Shown: positions 8,564-17,223 of the stretch, one piece after another
How the letters are laid out: each line of letters begins with the position of its first letter
How positions within the stretch are numbered: the first letter of the stretch is position 1
Source of the DNA: Pseudomonadota bacterium
Lineage (GTDB): Bacteria > Pseudomonadota > Gammaproteobacteria > Enterobacterales > Alteromonadaceae
Assembly (NCBI GenBank): GCA_051747845.1
Contig: JBNJGQ010000001.1
Coordinates: 5,970-69,969 of the forward strand
Reading direction: 5' to 3'
DNA: 64,000 bases
Notes under the pieces: model-generated
What the model was told of the DNA's origin: nothing
Seen by the model: the letters and a program-made list of their open reading frames with translations, nothing else
Databases searched by the model: none
Translations under genes and position numbers: made by a program

Positions 8564-10669
8564 GTGTACTTATTTGAAGGCTTAAAGGCTCAAGTTAGTG
8601 AGTATCTTCCGTCTGAACAGGTGGAACGTATTCGTGATGCCTTTGTTGTAGCAAATGAAGCCCACAGTTCACAAAAGCGCAGCAGTGGTGAACCTTATAT
8701 TACCCATCCGGTTGCTGTCGCCAGTTTGCTTGCCGATATGCGGCTGGATTGTGAAACGCTCATGGCTGCGTTACTGCATGACGTAATTGAAGATACCGAA
8801 ACCAGCCAGGAAGACTTGGCTGAACGTTTTGGTGCAACCGTTGCCAGTTTAGTGGAAGGGGTTTCTAAACTCGATAAGCTGCAGTTTAACTCCAAAGAAG
8901 AGGCCCAGGCCGAAAACTATCGCAAGATGATTATGGCGATGGTGCAGGATATTCGAGTTATTCTGATTAAACTGGCTGACCGCACCCATAACATGCGCAC
9001 CATTCAGCATCTCCGCCCCGACAAACGTCGCCGCATTGCCCGCGAAACCTTAGAAATTTATGCTCCTTTAGCCCATCGCCTGGGTATGCACGATATTAAA
9101 AATGAGTTGGAGCAGCTGGGTTTTTGGGCGCTATACCCCTGGCGTGGTAAGTTGCTGGAATCGGAAGTTAAACGGGCACGCGGTAATCGTCGCGAGTTTA
9201 CTGAGCGTGTACAAAGCGAAATTAACTCCCGACTTGAAGGCAATAAGATTAAAGCTCGGGTATCCGGCCGTGAAAAGCATTTGCACAGTATTTACCGCAA
9301 AATGCAGGCTAAAGAAGTTAAGTTTGAACAGGTTATGGACATTTATGCTTTTCGCGTCATTGTTGACAGTGTGGATACCTGTTACCGGGTTCTTGGAGCG
9401 CTCCATAATTTGTATAAACCCATTGAAACGCGGTTTAAAGATTACATCGCGATTCCTAAGTCAAATGGCTACCAGTCGTTGCATACCTCATTAAAAGGGC
9501 CACATGGCGTACCGGTAGAAATTCAGATCCGCACCGAAGAGATGGATCTAATGGCCGACCGAGGCGTAGCGGCGCATTGGATGTACAAACAGTCTGATGA
9601 CTCCAGTACCACAGCTCAGGTGCGTGCCCGTAAGTGGATGCAAAGTCTGTTAGAGCTGCAGCAAAGTGCCGGTAATTCCTTTGAGTTTATTGAAAGCGTC
9701 AAATCGGATCTATTCCCTGATGAAATTTACGTATTCAGCCCGGATGGGCGTATTACCGAATTACCTCAGGGCGCTACCGCGGTGGATTTTGCTTATGCGG
9801 TGCATACCGATATTGGTAATACGTGCATTGGCGCTCGTGTTAATCATCGCACCTACTCATTGAGTAAGCCGTTAGAGACCGGGCAAACGGTTGAGATAAA
9901 AACAGCACCGAACTCGCGCCCTAATATTGCCTGGCTGAACTTTGTTGTTACCGGTAAAGCGCGAGCGAAAATTCGTCAGTACCTGAAAAGTCAGGAAGCT
10001 GATGAAGCGCAACAGTTAGGTGAGCGTTTACTTCGCTCCGCACTGGGTCAGGTCAGTTATGACGAAATTCCTGAGTCGGAATTTAACCGTGTGTTGCAGG
10101 AAACCAAAATTGATACCCGCGAGAACCTGTTAAAGCAAATTGGCCTGGGTAATATGATGTCGATTGCTATTGCGAAGCGTTTATTGGGCGATTTACAACC
10201 AATTAAAGACGATAACGCATCGCAAAAAAGCCTCTCAATTAAAGGGGCCGAAGGTCTGCTGGTGAGTTTCGCGAAGTGCTGCCGGCCTATTCCGGGCGAT
10301 GACATTATTGCCCATGTCAGTCCGGGTAAAGGTTTGGTCATTCACCGACGCGAGTGCAAGAACGTACGTGGGCACGAAGATGACCCAGGGCGTTACTTCC
10401 CGGTTGAGTGGGATAACAAACCTGAAGCCGAGTTTATTTCAGAAATTCGCATTGAAATTGTTAACAACCAGGGTGTACTGGCTAAGTTAACCTCGTCAAT
10501 TGCCACCACGGGTTGTAATATTGATGGTCTGCAGACCGAAGAAATTGATGCCAACATTTATTTCATTGATGTGGCTTTAACGATAAAAAACCGTAAGCAT
10601 TTAGCGGACGTGATACGTCACATTCGTAAAATGCCGGATGTTCAGCGCGTGACGCGCTTAAGGAAGTAA
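8564..10669 (+). CDS. spoT: Bifunctional (p)ppGpp synthetase/hydrolase SpoT
   Basis: Intact HD hydrolase ([19 protein letters not shown]), synthetase (YQSLHT, EIQIRT), TGS, ZFD, ACT; GTG start. Confidence 0.98.
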   Translation: MYLFEGLKAQVSEYLPSEQVERIRDAFVVANEAHSSQKRSSGEPYITHPVAVASLLADMRLDCETLMAALLHDVIEDTETSQEDLAERFGATVASLVEGVSKLDKLQFNSKEEAQAENYRKMIMAMVQDIRVILIKLADRTHNMRTIQHLRPDKRRRIARETLEIYAPLAHRLGMHDIKNELEQLGFWALYPWRGKLLESEVKRARGNRREFTERVQSEINSRLEGNKIKARVSGREKHLHSIYRKMQAKEVKFEQVMDIYAFRVIVDSVDTCYRVLGALHNLYKPIETRFKDYIAIPKSNGYQSLHTSLKGPHGVPVEIQIRTEEMDLMADRGVAAHWMYKQSDDSSTTAQVRARKWMQSLLELQQSAGNSFEFIESVKSDLFPDEIYVFSPDGRITELPQGATAVDFAYAVHTDIGNTCIGARVNHRTYSLSKPLETGQTVEIKTAPNSRPNIAWLNFVVTGKARAKIRQYLKSQEADEAQQLGERLLRSALGQVSYDEIPESEFNRVLQETKIDTRENLLKQIGLGNMMSIAIAKRLLGDLQPIKDDNASQKSLSIKGAEGLLVSFAKCCRPIPGDDIIAHVSPGKGLVIHRRECKNVRGHEDDPGRYFPVEWDNKPEAEFISEIRIEIVNNQGVLAKLTSSIATTGCNIDGLQTEEIDANIYFIDVALTIKNRKHLADVIRHIRKMPDVQRVTRLRK

Positions 10670-10670
10670 A

Positions 10671-11063
10671 ATGTCTAAAGTAATTATTTCAACGGATACA
10701 GCGCCAGCTGCCATCGGTACTTATTCGCAAGCCGTTAAAATTGGCACCACCGTTTACCTTTCCGGGCAGATCCCTTTGGTGCCTGAAACCATGGAGCTTG
10801 TCAGTGAAGACTTCACGGCTCAGGCTGAGCAGGTATTTAAAAACCTGACAGCAGTTTGTGAAGCATCCGGTGGTGAATTACAGGATATGGTTAAAGTTCA
10901 GATTTATCTGACTGATCTGGGTCAGTTCGCTATTGTGAACGAAGTGATGGCGAAACATTTCAGACAGCCATACCCGGCTCGCGCGGCTATCGGCGTAAGG
11001 CAATTACCGAAAGGCGCGCAGATTGAAATTGACGGTATTATGGAGCTGCCCAGCACCAACTAA
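10671..11063 (+). CDS. ridA: RidA/YjgF/UK114 enamine-imine deaminase
   Basis: [29 protein letters not shown]...EID. Confidence 0.92.
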   Translation: MSKVIISTDTAPAAIGTYSQAVKIGTTVYLSGQIPLVPETMELVSEDFTAQAEQVFKNLTAVCEASGGELQDMVKVQIYLTDLGQFAIVNEVMAKHFRQPYPARAAIGVRQLPKGAQIEIDGIMELPSTN

Positions 11064-12404
11064 TTAGGCTGACTCTGGTGTCGGCTCTCTGTCCTCCAGA
11101 GGTCGGCGCCAGATGATAATGGCAATAGCGACGGCTGCTAAAATAAAGCAATAACCCGTATGCAAACTGACTGACAATGGGGAGATTTTAAAACTAGCTC
11201 CCATTAGCAGTGCTTGTGCCCCATACGGCAGAGCGCCTTGCACAACACAAGCAAAAATATCTAATAAGCTGGCGCTTTGGCGCGGTGCCAGGTTCCCCAC
11301 TTTTGCTAAACGCTTGCTGACTTCACCGGCTAATAAAATACTGACTGTGTTGTTGGCAACACAGAAATTGGTCAAGGCAGTAAGTGCGGCAACGCCAATA
11401 GCTGATGCGCGTTGTTTGTGTTTACTCACTTTGTTGGCTGCACTTTCGACAAAAGCGGCTAAGAAAGCCAGTCCACCCTGTTGACGGATTAATGCTGATA
11501 AGCCACCAATGAGTAACGACAGCAGGAAAATTTCCTGCATGCTGCCAAAGCCTTCGTAAATATCCTGACTAAAAGCAACCCATTCATAACCAACCGTGAA
11601 CATGCCAAAAGCAGCGGCTAAGACAATACCAAGCCCTAATACGGCAAAAACGTTAAGCCCCATTACCGCCAATACAATAATGGCGAAATAAGGTAGTGAG
11701 AGCCAGAGGTTAGCTTCCGGTATTTCTAGAGGAACCTGGCTGGTGTCGTAAGTAATTAGCCAAATAACCGTAAAAATAGCCGCGGGTATCGCAATTTTTA
11801 AGTTGGCGCGAAATTTATCCCGCATGGTACAGCCCTGTGTACGAGTGGCAGCAATGGTGGTGTCCGAGATGATCGATAAGTTGTCACCAAACATCGCGCC
11901 GCTAACAAGCACGCCGGCCAGCAATGGCAGACTGATATCGGTTGCTTCACCAATACCCAGAACGACCGGAGCCAGCGCGGCCAGCGTGCCCATTGACGTG
12001 CCCATAGCCGTAGAGATAACGCCCGCTATGATGAATAGCCCGGGTAACAGAAACGATGGAGGGATGATGTTTAGACCTAAAGCCACCATAGCGTCTACAC
12101 CGCCTGTTGCTTCTGCCACCGTGGAAAAGGCACCGGCTAATAAATAGATTAAACACATGGTAATGATGTTGTTGTCGCCGACACCACCCACGAAAGTTTC
12201 AATGCGTTCTTCAAAAGCCTGTTTGCTGAGCAATATGCCCAGCACAATTGCCGGTAAAATGGCGACCGGACTGGGCAATTGATAAAACGCGTACTCCACG
12301 CCTTCGCTTTGAAAATACAGCCCTGTTCCTAAGAACAAAATTAGGAACAACGCTAGGGGTAACAGCGCCTTAGCGCTAGCCGGTTGTGGCGAAGCATTTG
12401 TCAT
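11064..12404 (-). CDS. NhaC-family transporter, probable methionine transporter (MetT-like)
   Basis: GTSMGT, GAMFGDNLSIISDTTIAATRTQG, ANNTVSI, PYGAQ motifs; Met-box-like array upstream. Confidence 0.8.
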   Translation of the reverse strand: MTNASPQPASAKALLPLALFLILFLGTGLYFQSEGVEYAFYQLPSPVAILPAIVLGILLSKQAFEERIETFVGGVGDNNIITMCLIYLLAGAFSTVAEATGGVDAMVALGLNIIPPSFLLPGLFIIAGVISTAMGTSMGTLAALAPVVLGIGEATDISLPLLAGVLVSGAMFGDNLSIISDTTIAATRTQGCTMRDKFRANLKIAIPAAIFTVIWLITYDTSQVPLEIPEANLWLSLPYFAIIVLAVMGLNVFAVLGLGIVLAAAFGMFTVGYEWVAFSQDIYEGFGSMQEIFLLSLLIGGLSALIRQQGGLAFLAAFVESAANKVSKHKQRASAIGVAALTALTNFCVANNTVSILLAGEVSKRLAKVGNLAPRQSASLLDIFACVVQGALPYGAQALLMGASFKISPLSVSLHTGYCFILAAVAIAIIIWRRPLEDREPTPESA

Positions 12405-12427
12405 GTGTCAGCCTTTTATTTTTATTT

Positions 12428-12451
12428 GGACGTCCAGCAGCTTATCCGTCC
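12428..12451. promoter_or_regulatory. Tandem MetJ boxes (3 x 8 bp)
   Basis: GGACGTCC-AGCAGCTT-ATCCGTCC in register; 6/8, 4/8 and 5/8 matches to AGACGTCT. Confidence 0.55.
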
Positions 12452-12490
12452 AACTTCTTTTGTGCAATAGGAAATTAATGCATTGACTGT

Positions 12491-12503
12491 TACCACAGTG
12501 GTA
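12491..12503. promoter_or_regulatory. Perfect palindrome overlapping the promoter of the three-gene insert
   Basis: TACCAC-A-GTGGTA between TTGACT (12483) and an extended -10 TGnTATATT (12499-12507); AAGGAGG SD follows. Confidence 0.5.
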
Positions 12504-12525
12504 TATTTTTACAAAAGGAGGGTAT

Positions 12526-13749
12526 ATGGATCAGTTTTTTGGCCGAGCGTATGTTTTTATTCCATGCTATTTGAACGGCACTTCACTCAAAAGCGAAGAC
12601 ACTAATGAAAACTCTTATATTAGTGAATTTGATGAAAGAGTTTCAGAAGAGATTTCCAATCGCAGCTGGAACCAGTTTGAGCGCGGTGCGTTAGGTAGTT
12701 TTTCGTTCAATTTTCATGGTGAGAGCGAAAAAGACACCAACTGCGAACAGCTTACCGGAGGCGTCTATTTTACTCTCAACAAGCGCACACAGTTGTGTAT
12801 TTTGACCATTGTTTTTGGAGTAAACGGCGAACCGATAACACAATTACTTGATAGAGTGTCGCGTGAAGGTATAGAAATTACCAATGGCGCCGAGCGGAAT
12901 TTCGATTTTTATCACTACTTAAAATCAACCTATGGTTTGCACGTGTCCGGAAAAGCGCGTGTTTGTCTCAGTACGGGTAGAAAGTTGCCTGAGGCCTTGA
13001 AACCGTCAGTGTTTGCTAATGAAATGTACGAATCTGATGTGATGGAGTCGGCGGGACTGATGGCAAGCTTTGGTGATGGTAGCTGGCAGGAAAACCTTGC
13101 GGTGTATAACAGCAGTGAAATTTATGCCAGCAAGACCACGGTGCTTCGTTATGACAATCATTTGGATGGTAATGATCCTGAGCTCTCCGGTACGGCTATT
13201 AAAGCGATTCGCCGTGACTTAATGCTTACTTTTATTATTGAATTGCTCATGTTCAGGGAGGCGTCGATAAAACGCGCCAACTTGAGGGTAAACCGATCCA
13301 TACAAGCGGACGAAAAATTGGAGTTAGACGATATTAATGATCTGATGGGTGACTTCAAGTCTGCTATTTTGTTTTGGGACTTGGACATATTTCTTTATCC
13401 ATCAGCTCAGCAATTAGCAGACCGGTTGTTTGCGAAATTCGACATTGATCGCTCCTTAGAAACGTATCGCAAAAACCAAAACTTCCTTGAGCAACGAGTT
13501 AGCTTGTCCAATGCTGCACAGGCCGAGAAAGAAACGCGGACCATTAACTATATTGCAATTATTGTATTCTTTTTTGAGGTGGCGCCTTTGTTATTTGTTT
13601 TGGCTCAATCGGTTATACAGAAGAAACCACTCAACCTTTCAGTCATATACTCTGGCGTTGTGGCAATCAGCGCCAGTCTTGTTTTATTTGTGGTGATTAT
13701 CGGTATTGTTAGAATGCGTAAATTAACGAAGAAAGCGGTACGAAGGTAA
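12526..13749 (+). CDS. Hypothetical membrane protein; large soluble domain, helical stalk and two C-terminal TM helices (CorA-like architecture)
   Basis: 407 aa, strong SD; amphipathic helices then INYIAIIVFFFEVAPLLFVLA and VIYSGVVAISASLVLFVVIIGIV with a basic tail; no GMN motif. Confidence 0.7.
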   Translation: MDQFFGRAYVFIPCYLNGTSLKSEDTNENSYISEFDERVSEEISNRSWNQFERGALGSFSFNFHGESEKDTNCEQLTGGVYFTLNKRTQLCILTIVFGVNGEPITQLLDRVSREGIEITNGAERNFDFYHYLKSTYGLHVSGKARVCLSTGRKLPEALKPSVFANEMYESDVMESAGLMASFGDGSWQENLAVYNSSEIYASKTTVLRYDNHLDGNDPELSGTAIKAIRRDLMLTFIIELLMFREASIKRANLRVNRSIQADEKLELDDINDLMGDFKSAILFWDLDIFLYPSAQQLADRLFAKFDIDRSLETYRKNQNFLEQRVSLSNAAQAEKETRTINYIAIIVFFFEVAPLLFVLAQSVIQKKPLNLSVIYSGVVAISASLVLFVVIIGIVRMRKLTKKAVRR

Positions 13750-14309
13750 TGGATAATAAAGCAAAGCGATTAGACGCCGGGCTTTTTACCTACGCACAGT
13801 TACAGGACATGGGATACACGGTCGATGATATCGTTAAAAAAACGGTGGCGCTATCCGCAGATGATATCTCTGGTTATGATTCACAAGCTGATGAAAGCCA
13901 GTACTGGCTGAAGCATCGGCGTAATAATATGTCTCTGTTTGTGTGTGTAATGGAAGATGGCATTATGCTTGGACACTTCTCGGCGATGCGAGTCAGAGCT
14001 AATGAAGCTTTGGCGTTTTTGAACGGGAAATGCAGAGAAACAGAATTTTCGGTAATCTCAGGAAAGAATGCTCAAAGTATGCCTCATTATGTATATATCA
14101 GTGCGGTAGTGGTCAAAAAATCTTTGCGCAACAGCCCTGTTGCAATGAAGCTTATACGGCAAGGGCGCCGGTTGATAAACCAGTATCTTAAAGATAATCC
14201 ACAGGTAAAAGGTATTTTTGCAGAAGCGTACTCCGAGGAGGGGAGGCGTCTCTGTGATTTATTTGGCATGGATAATATATCAGCTAATTTTTATCGTAAG
14301 GACACCTAA
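13749..14309 (+). CDS. GNAT-fold hypothetical protein
   Basis: YVYISAVVVKKSLRNSPVAMKLI (motif A-like) and IFAEAYSEEGRRLCDLFGM (motif B-like); TAATG overlap with upstream gene. Confidence 0.65.
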   Translation: MDNKAKRLDAGLFTYAQLQDMGYTVDDIVKKTVALSADDISGYDSQADESQYWLKHRRNNMSLFVCVMEDGIMLGHFSAMRVRANEALAFLNGKCRETEFSVISGKNAQSMPHYVYISAVVVKKSLRNSPVAMKLIRQGRRLINQYLKDNPQVKGIFAEAYSEEGRRLCDLFGMDNISANFYRKDT

Positions 14310-15232
14310 TGTTCAGTAAGAAGCTCGATCCGGAGTTAGAGTCACAACTTTTATCGCTATCGGTATTGGCGTCGTTACTGTTTACAGTGTCGGGCATTGT
14401 GGTTGGGCTATTAACAGGTTCGTCCGTGGTTCTTTTTGACGGCCTATATTCGGGGATAAGCTTGCTGTTATCGTATTTATCGCTAATAGCTGCAAAGAAT
14501 GTAAATGCCGAGGACAGTCTGTCATTTCCTTATGGAAAAAGTGCGATTGAACCGTTCTTGGTGGGCGTAAAATATTTGACCTTAATTGTCTTATGTATTT
14601 ACTCTGCTTTTGCTGCAGCGTTTGATATAGCGGCAGGTGGCTCCGAGGTAAATATTGACGTTGCTTTAATTTACTCACTTATCTCGGCAATCGTATGTGC
14701 AGGCATTTATGCTTATTTTAAGCAAGCTTCAGCAAACTTGGAGTCAGACTTGGTTCAGTCGGAATCGTATGAGTGGTTTCTCGACACGGTCTTATCCATA
14801 GGGATATTCATTGGCTTCGCTGTGGCGCTTATACTTATAAGTGTCTCGCTAGAAGAGTTGGTACCATATATTGACCCCGTTCTAGTGCTTATCGCTTCTT
14901 TGGCATTTATCGCCACACCGTTGAAAGGCCTAATTCAAAGTGCCAAAGAGCTCGTAGGCTTTCAGCCGAAGGGTAAGCTTGTCAAAAAGTTGAACCGTAT
15001 TGTTGAAGAAGTTCAAAAGAAGAGTAACTTCGACTCGAGTGTAGTTCGTATTCAAAAAGTTGGTAGAACCATATTTTTGGAAATAGACTTCGTTGTGAGA
15101 GAAGATGACTTTTCGGTTACTGTATTGCGCCAGGACGAGATACGAGAAGAGATCCATAATCAAATTGTGAAGCTAGGCTACCGGTGGTGGTTAACGGTTG
15201 CCTTTACTAAAGATGAGAAGTGGGTTGCTTAA
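14309..15232 (+). CDS. Cation diffusion facilitator (CDF) family transporter
   Basis: TGSSVVLFDGLYS, FPYGKSAIEP, EWFLD, YIDP, KVGR..FLEIDF; six TMs plus C-terminal domain; TAATG overlap. Confidence 0.88.
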   Translation: MFSKKLDPELESQLLSLSVLASLLFTVSGIVVGLLTGSSVVLFDGLYSGISLLLSYLSLIAAKNVNAEDSLSFPYGKSAIEPFLVGVKYLTLIVLCIYSAFAAAFDIAAGGSEVNIDVALIYSLISAIVCAGIYAYFKQASANLESDLVQSESYEWFLDTVLSIGIFIGFAVALILISVSLEELVPYIDPVLVLIASLAFIATPLKGLIQSAKELVGFQPKGKLVKKLNRIVEEVQKKSNFDSSVVRIQKVGRTIFLEIDFVVREDDFSVTVLRQDEIREEIHNQIVKLGYRWWLTVAFTKDEKWVA

Positions 15233-16437
15233 GTAATGGCTAAACGGCACCATTGGCTGGCATCAATATAAAGCTGGCCAATATCGGTGCCGTTTAACTT
15301 CTTTTTTAACGGGTGTTTATCCAGCACTTCCCACTCGCCGCGTTCATAGATTTCCGTCATTTGCAGCAAATAACCCCAGACACCCTCACGGTTTTTCAGC
15401 GCTTTAGTAATTTCTGAAGAAAGAGGAAGCTGCTTTAGTACATCGTCCATCGATATTCCCAATATGATATCCAGCAAAGAGAGTATGCCGGTTAAAAAAG
15501 CGCTGGAGCGGTGCTTTTCGTTGAGGATTGCTGTGGTTATTAATTCCATAAAACGCGCCCGGGTAACCGACTTAATGGTCAGCTCTTCAGGTTGCCCCGC
15601 TGAAACATTGGCTAACACTACCAGGGTAACAAAACGGCGAATTTCGGCATCGCCTAAATAGACTAATGCGTGCTGAATGTTTTCTATTTTCTTACGGCCA
15701 CCGTAAAGCGCGCTGTTAACCAGTTTCAGTAAGCTGTATGTCAGCGACAAGTCCTGCTCGATAATCTGCCGTATGGTATTTAAATCGAGCTCTTTTTTAT
15801 GAACCTCAGATAACAAGGTGAGCATACTAATGCGGTTAGGTGCCAGTGACTTTTGCTGCACTACCTGTGGTTTCTCAAAGAAGAACCCCTGGAAATAGTC
15901 GAAGCCTAACTCCAGGCAGCGTTCAAACTCGTCATGAGTTTCAACCCGCTCGGCTAAAAGAGGAATACCTTTTTCTTTGAAGAACCGAATTTTACTTTCT
16001 AGGTTCAAGCCCTGTTCCTGAATATCAACTTTCACCATGTTGATCATTGGAATAACCGGATCCCATTGGCCGTCAAAGTCGTGATCGTCCAATGCAATGC
16101 GATAACCTTTGGCGGTTGTCGTGTTGCAGGCTTCGAGTAAAGGCGCATCAACGCCTACGGTTTCCAGCAGCTCTACCCAAACGGTGCGGGCGTTGAGAAA
16201 GGAAGGGAAGTCATTTAGCAAGGTACGGGCATGAAAATTGATAAACGCCTGCTTTCCCATACAAAGCGTTTGAATATTGCCCAGTAAATGCTGCTGCAAA
16301 AGCAGTTTAGAAGTGGCTTCGTTAGGATCAATATTCGGGAAGCTGTTTTCAGTGCTGTTGCGGAATAGCAGTTCGTAACCAAAAACCTTTTGGTCTCTGG
16401 TTAAAATAGGTTGTCGTGCAATGTAGGAGTACGACAT
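15229..16437 (-). CDS. EAL + HDOD domain protein (YuxH/CdgJ-like)
   Basis: ARQPI..GYELLFR, ALDD, LAERVET, FQGFFF, then HDOD (DLSLTYSLLKLVNSA, AFLTGILSLLD). Confidence 0.9.
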   Translation of the reverse strand: MSYSYIARQPILTRDQKVFGYELLFRNSTENSFPNIDPNEATSKLLLQQHLLGNIQTLCMGKQAFINFHARTLLNDFPSFLNARTVWVELLETVGVDAPLLEACNTTTAKGYRIALDDHDFDGQWDPVIPMINMVKVDIQEQGLNLESKIRFFKEKGIPLLAERVETHDEFERCLELGFDYFQGFFFEKPQVVQQKSLAPNRISMLTLLSEVHKKELDLNTIRQIIEQDLSLTYSLLKLVNSALYGGRKKIENIQHALVYLGDAEIRRFVTLVVLANVSAGQPEELTIKSVTRARFMELITTAILNEKHRSSAFLTGILSLLDIILGISMDDVLKQLPLSSEITKALKNREGVWGYLLQMTEIYERGEWEVLDKHPLKKKLNGTDIGQLYIDASQWCRLAIT

Positions 16438-16533
16438 TGTTACTCTTGTCTTCCTTGATGGCGCATAGGGTTAGTTCTGGCCGATTCTCTCGGGTATACT
16501 GCTTATATCTAGTCCTATTTTCATAAAAAAGCA

Positions 16534-17214
16534 ATGAGTCCTGAACGATATCAACGAATTAACCAAATGTTGGACAAACGTCAGCCAGATCTGACCGTTG
16601 TCATGGAAAACGTGCATAAAAACCATAATTTGTCTGCGGTTGTTCGCTCAGCAGACGCGATAGGCGTACATGAAATGCACGCGATATGGCTGACCAAAAA
16701 GGCGCGTTTGTCGGGTGGTACCGCACTGGGCAGCCAAAACTGGGTGAAAATCCACAATCATAAATCCGTTGGTGAAGCGCTTGAGGCAACTCATGGACAA
16801 GGCATGCAAGTTGTAGTGACTCACCTTTCGGAACATTCGGTGGATTTTCGTGAAGTGGACTACACCAAACCAACCGCTATTCTGCTGGGGCAGGAAAAAT
16901 ACGGGGTCACCGACGAAGCTTTGGATATTGCTGATCATCACGTAATGATTCCTATGGTAGGCATGGTACAGTCACTGAATGTCTCTGTGGCTGGCGCGGT
17001 GATGTTGTATGAAGCGCAGCGTCAGCGTGAACTGGCCGGGTTGTACGATAAAGCGCATGTGAGTGCCGAAGAGCGACACCGGATACTGTTTGAAGGTGGT
17101 CATCCGATTTATGCTAAGGCGTGTAAACGTAAGAATATGCCTTACCCGGAGCTGGATGAAAACGGACAAATTGTCGCTGATGAAGCCTGGTGGCTGGCGA
17201 TGCGCGCAAGATAA
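16534..17214 (+). CDS. trmH: tRNA (Gm18) 2'-O-methyltransferase
   Basis: RQPDLTV..NLSAVVRSADA, GQEKYG, IPMVGMVQSLNVSVA; upstream of recG. Confidence 0.96.
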   Translation: MSPERYQRINQMLDKRQPDLTVVMENVHKNHNLSAVVRSADAIGVHEMHAIWLTKKARLSGGTALGSQNWVKIHNHKSVGEALEATHGQGMQVVVTHLSEHSVDFREVDYTKPTAILLGQEKYGVTDEALDIADHHVMIPMVGMVQSLNVSVAGAVMLYEAQRQRELAGLYDKAHVSAEERHRILFEGGHPIYAKACKRKNMPYPELDENGQIVADEAWWLAMRAR

Positions 17215-17223
17215 GGAGCAAAG

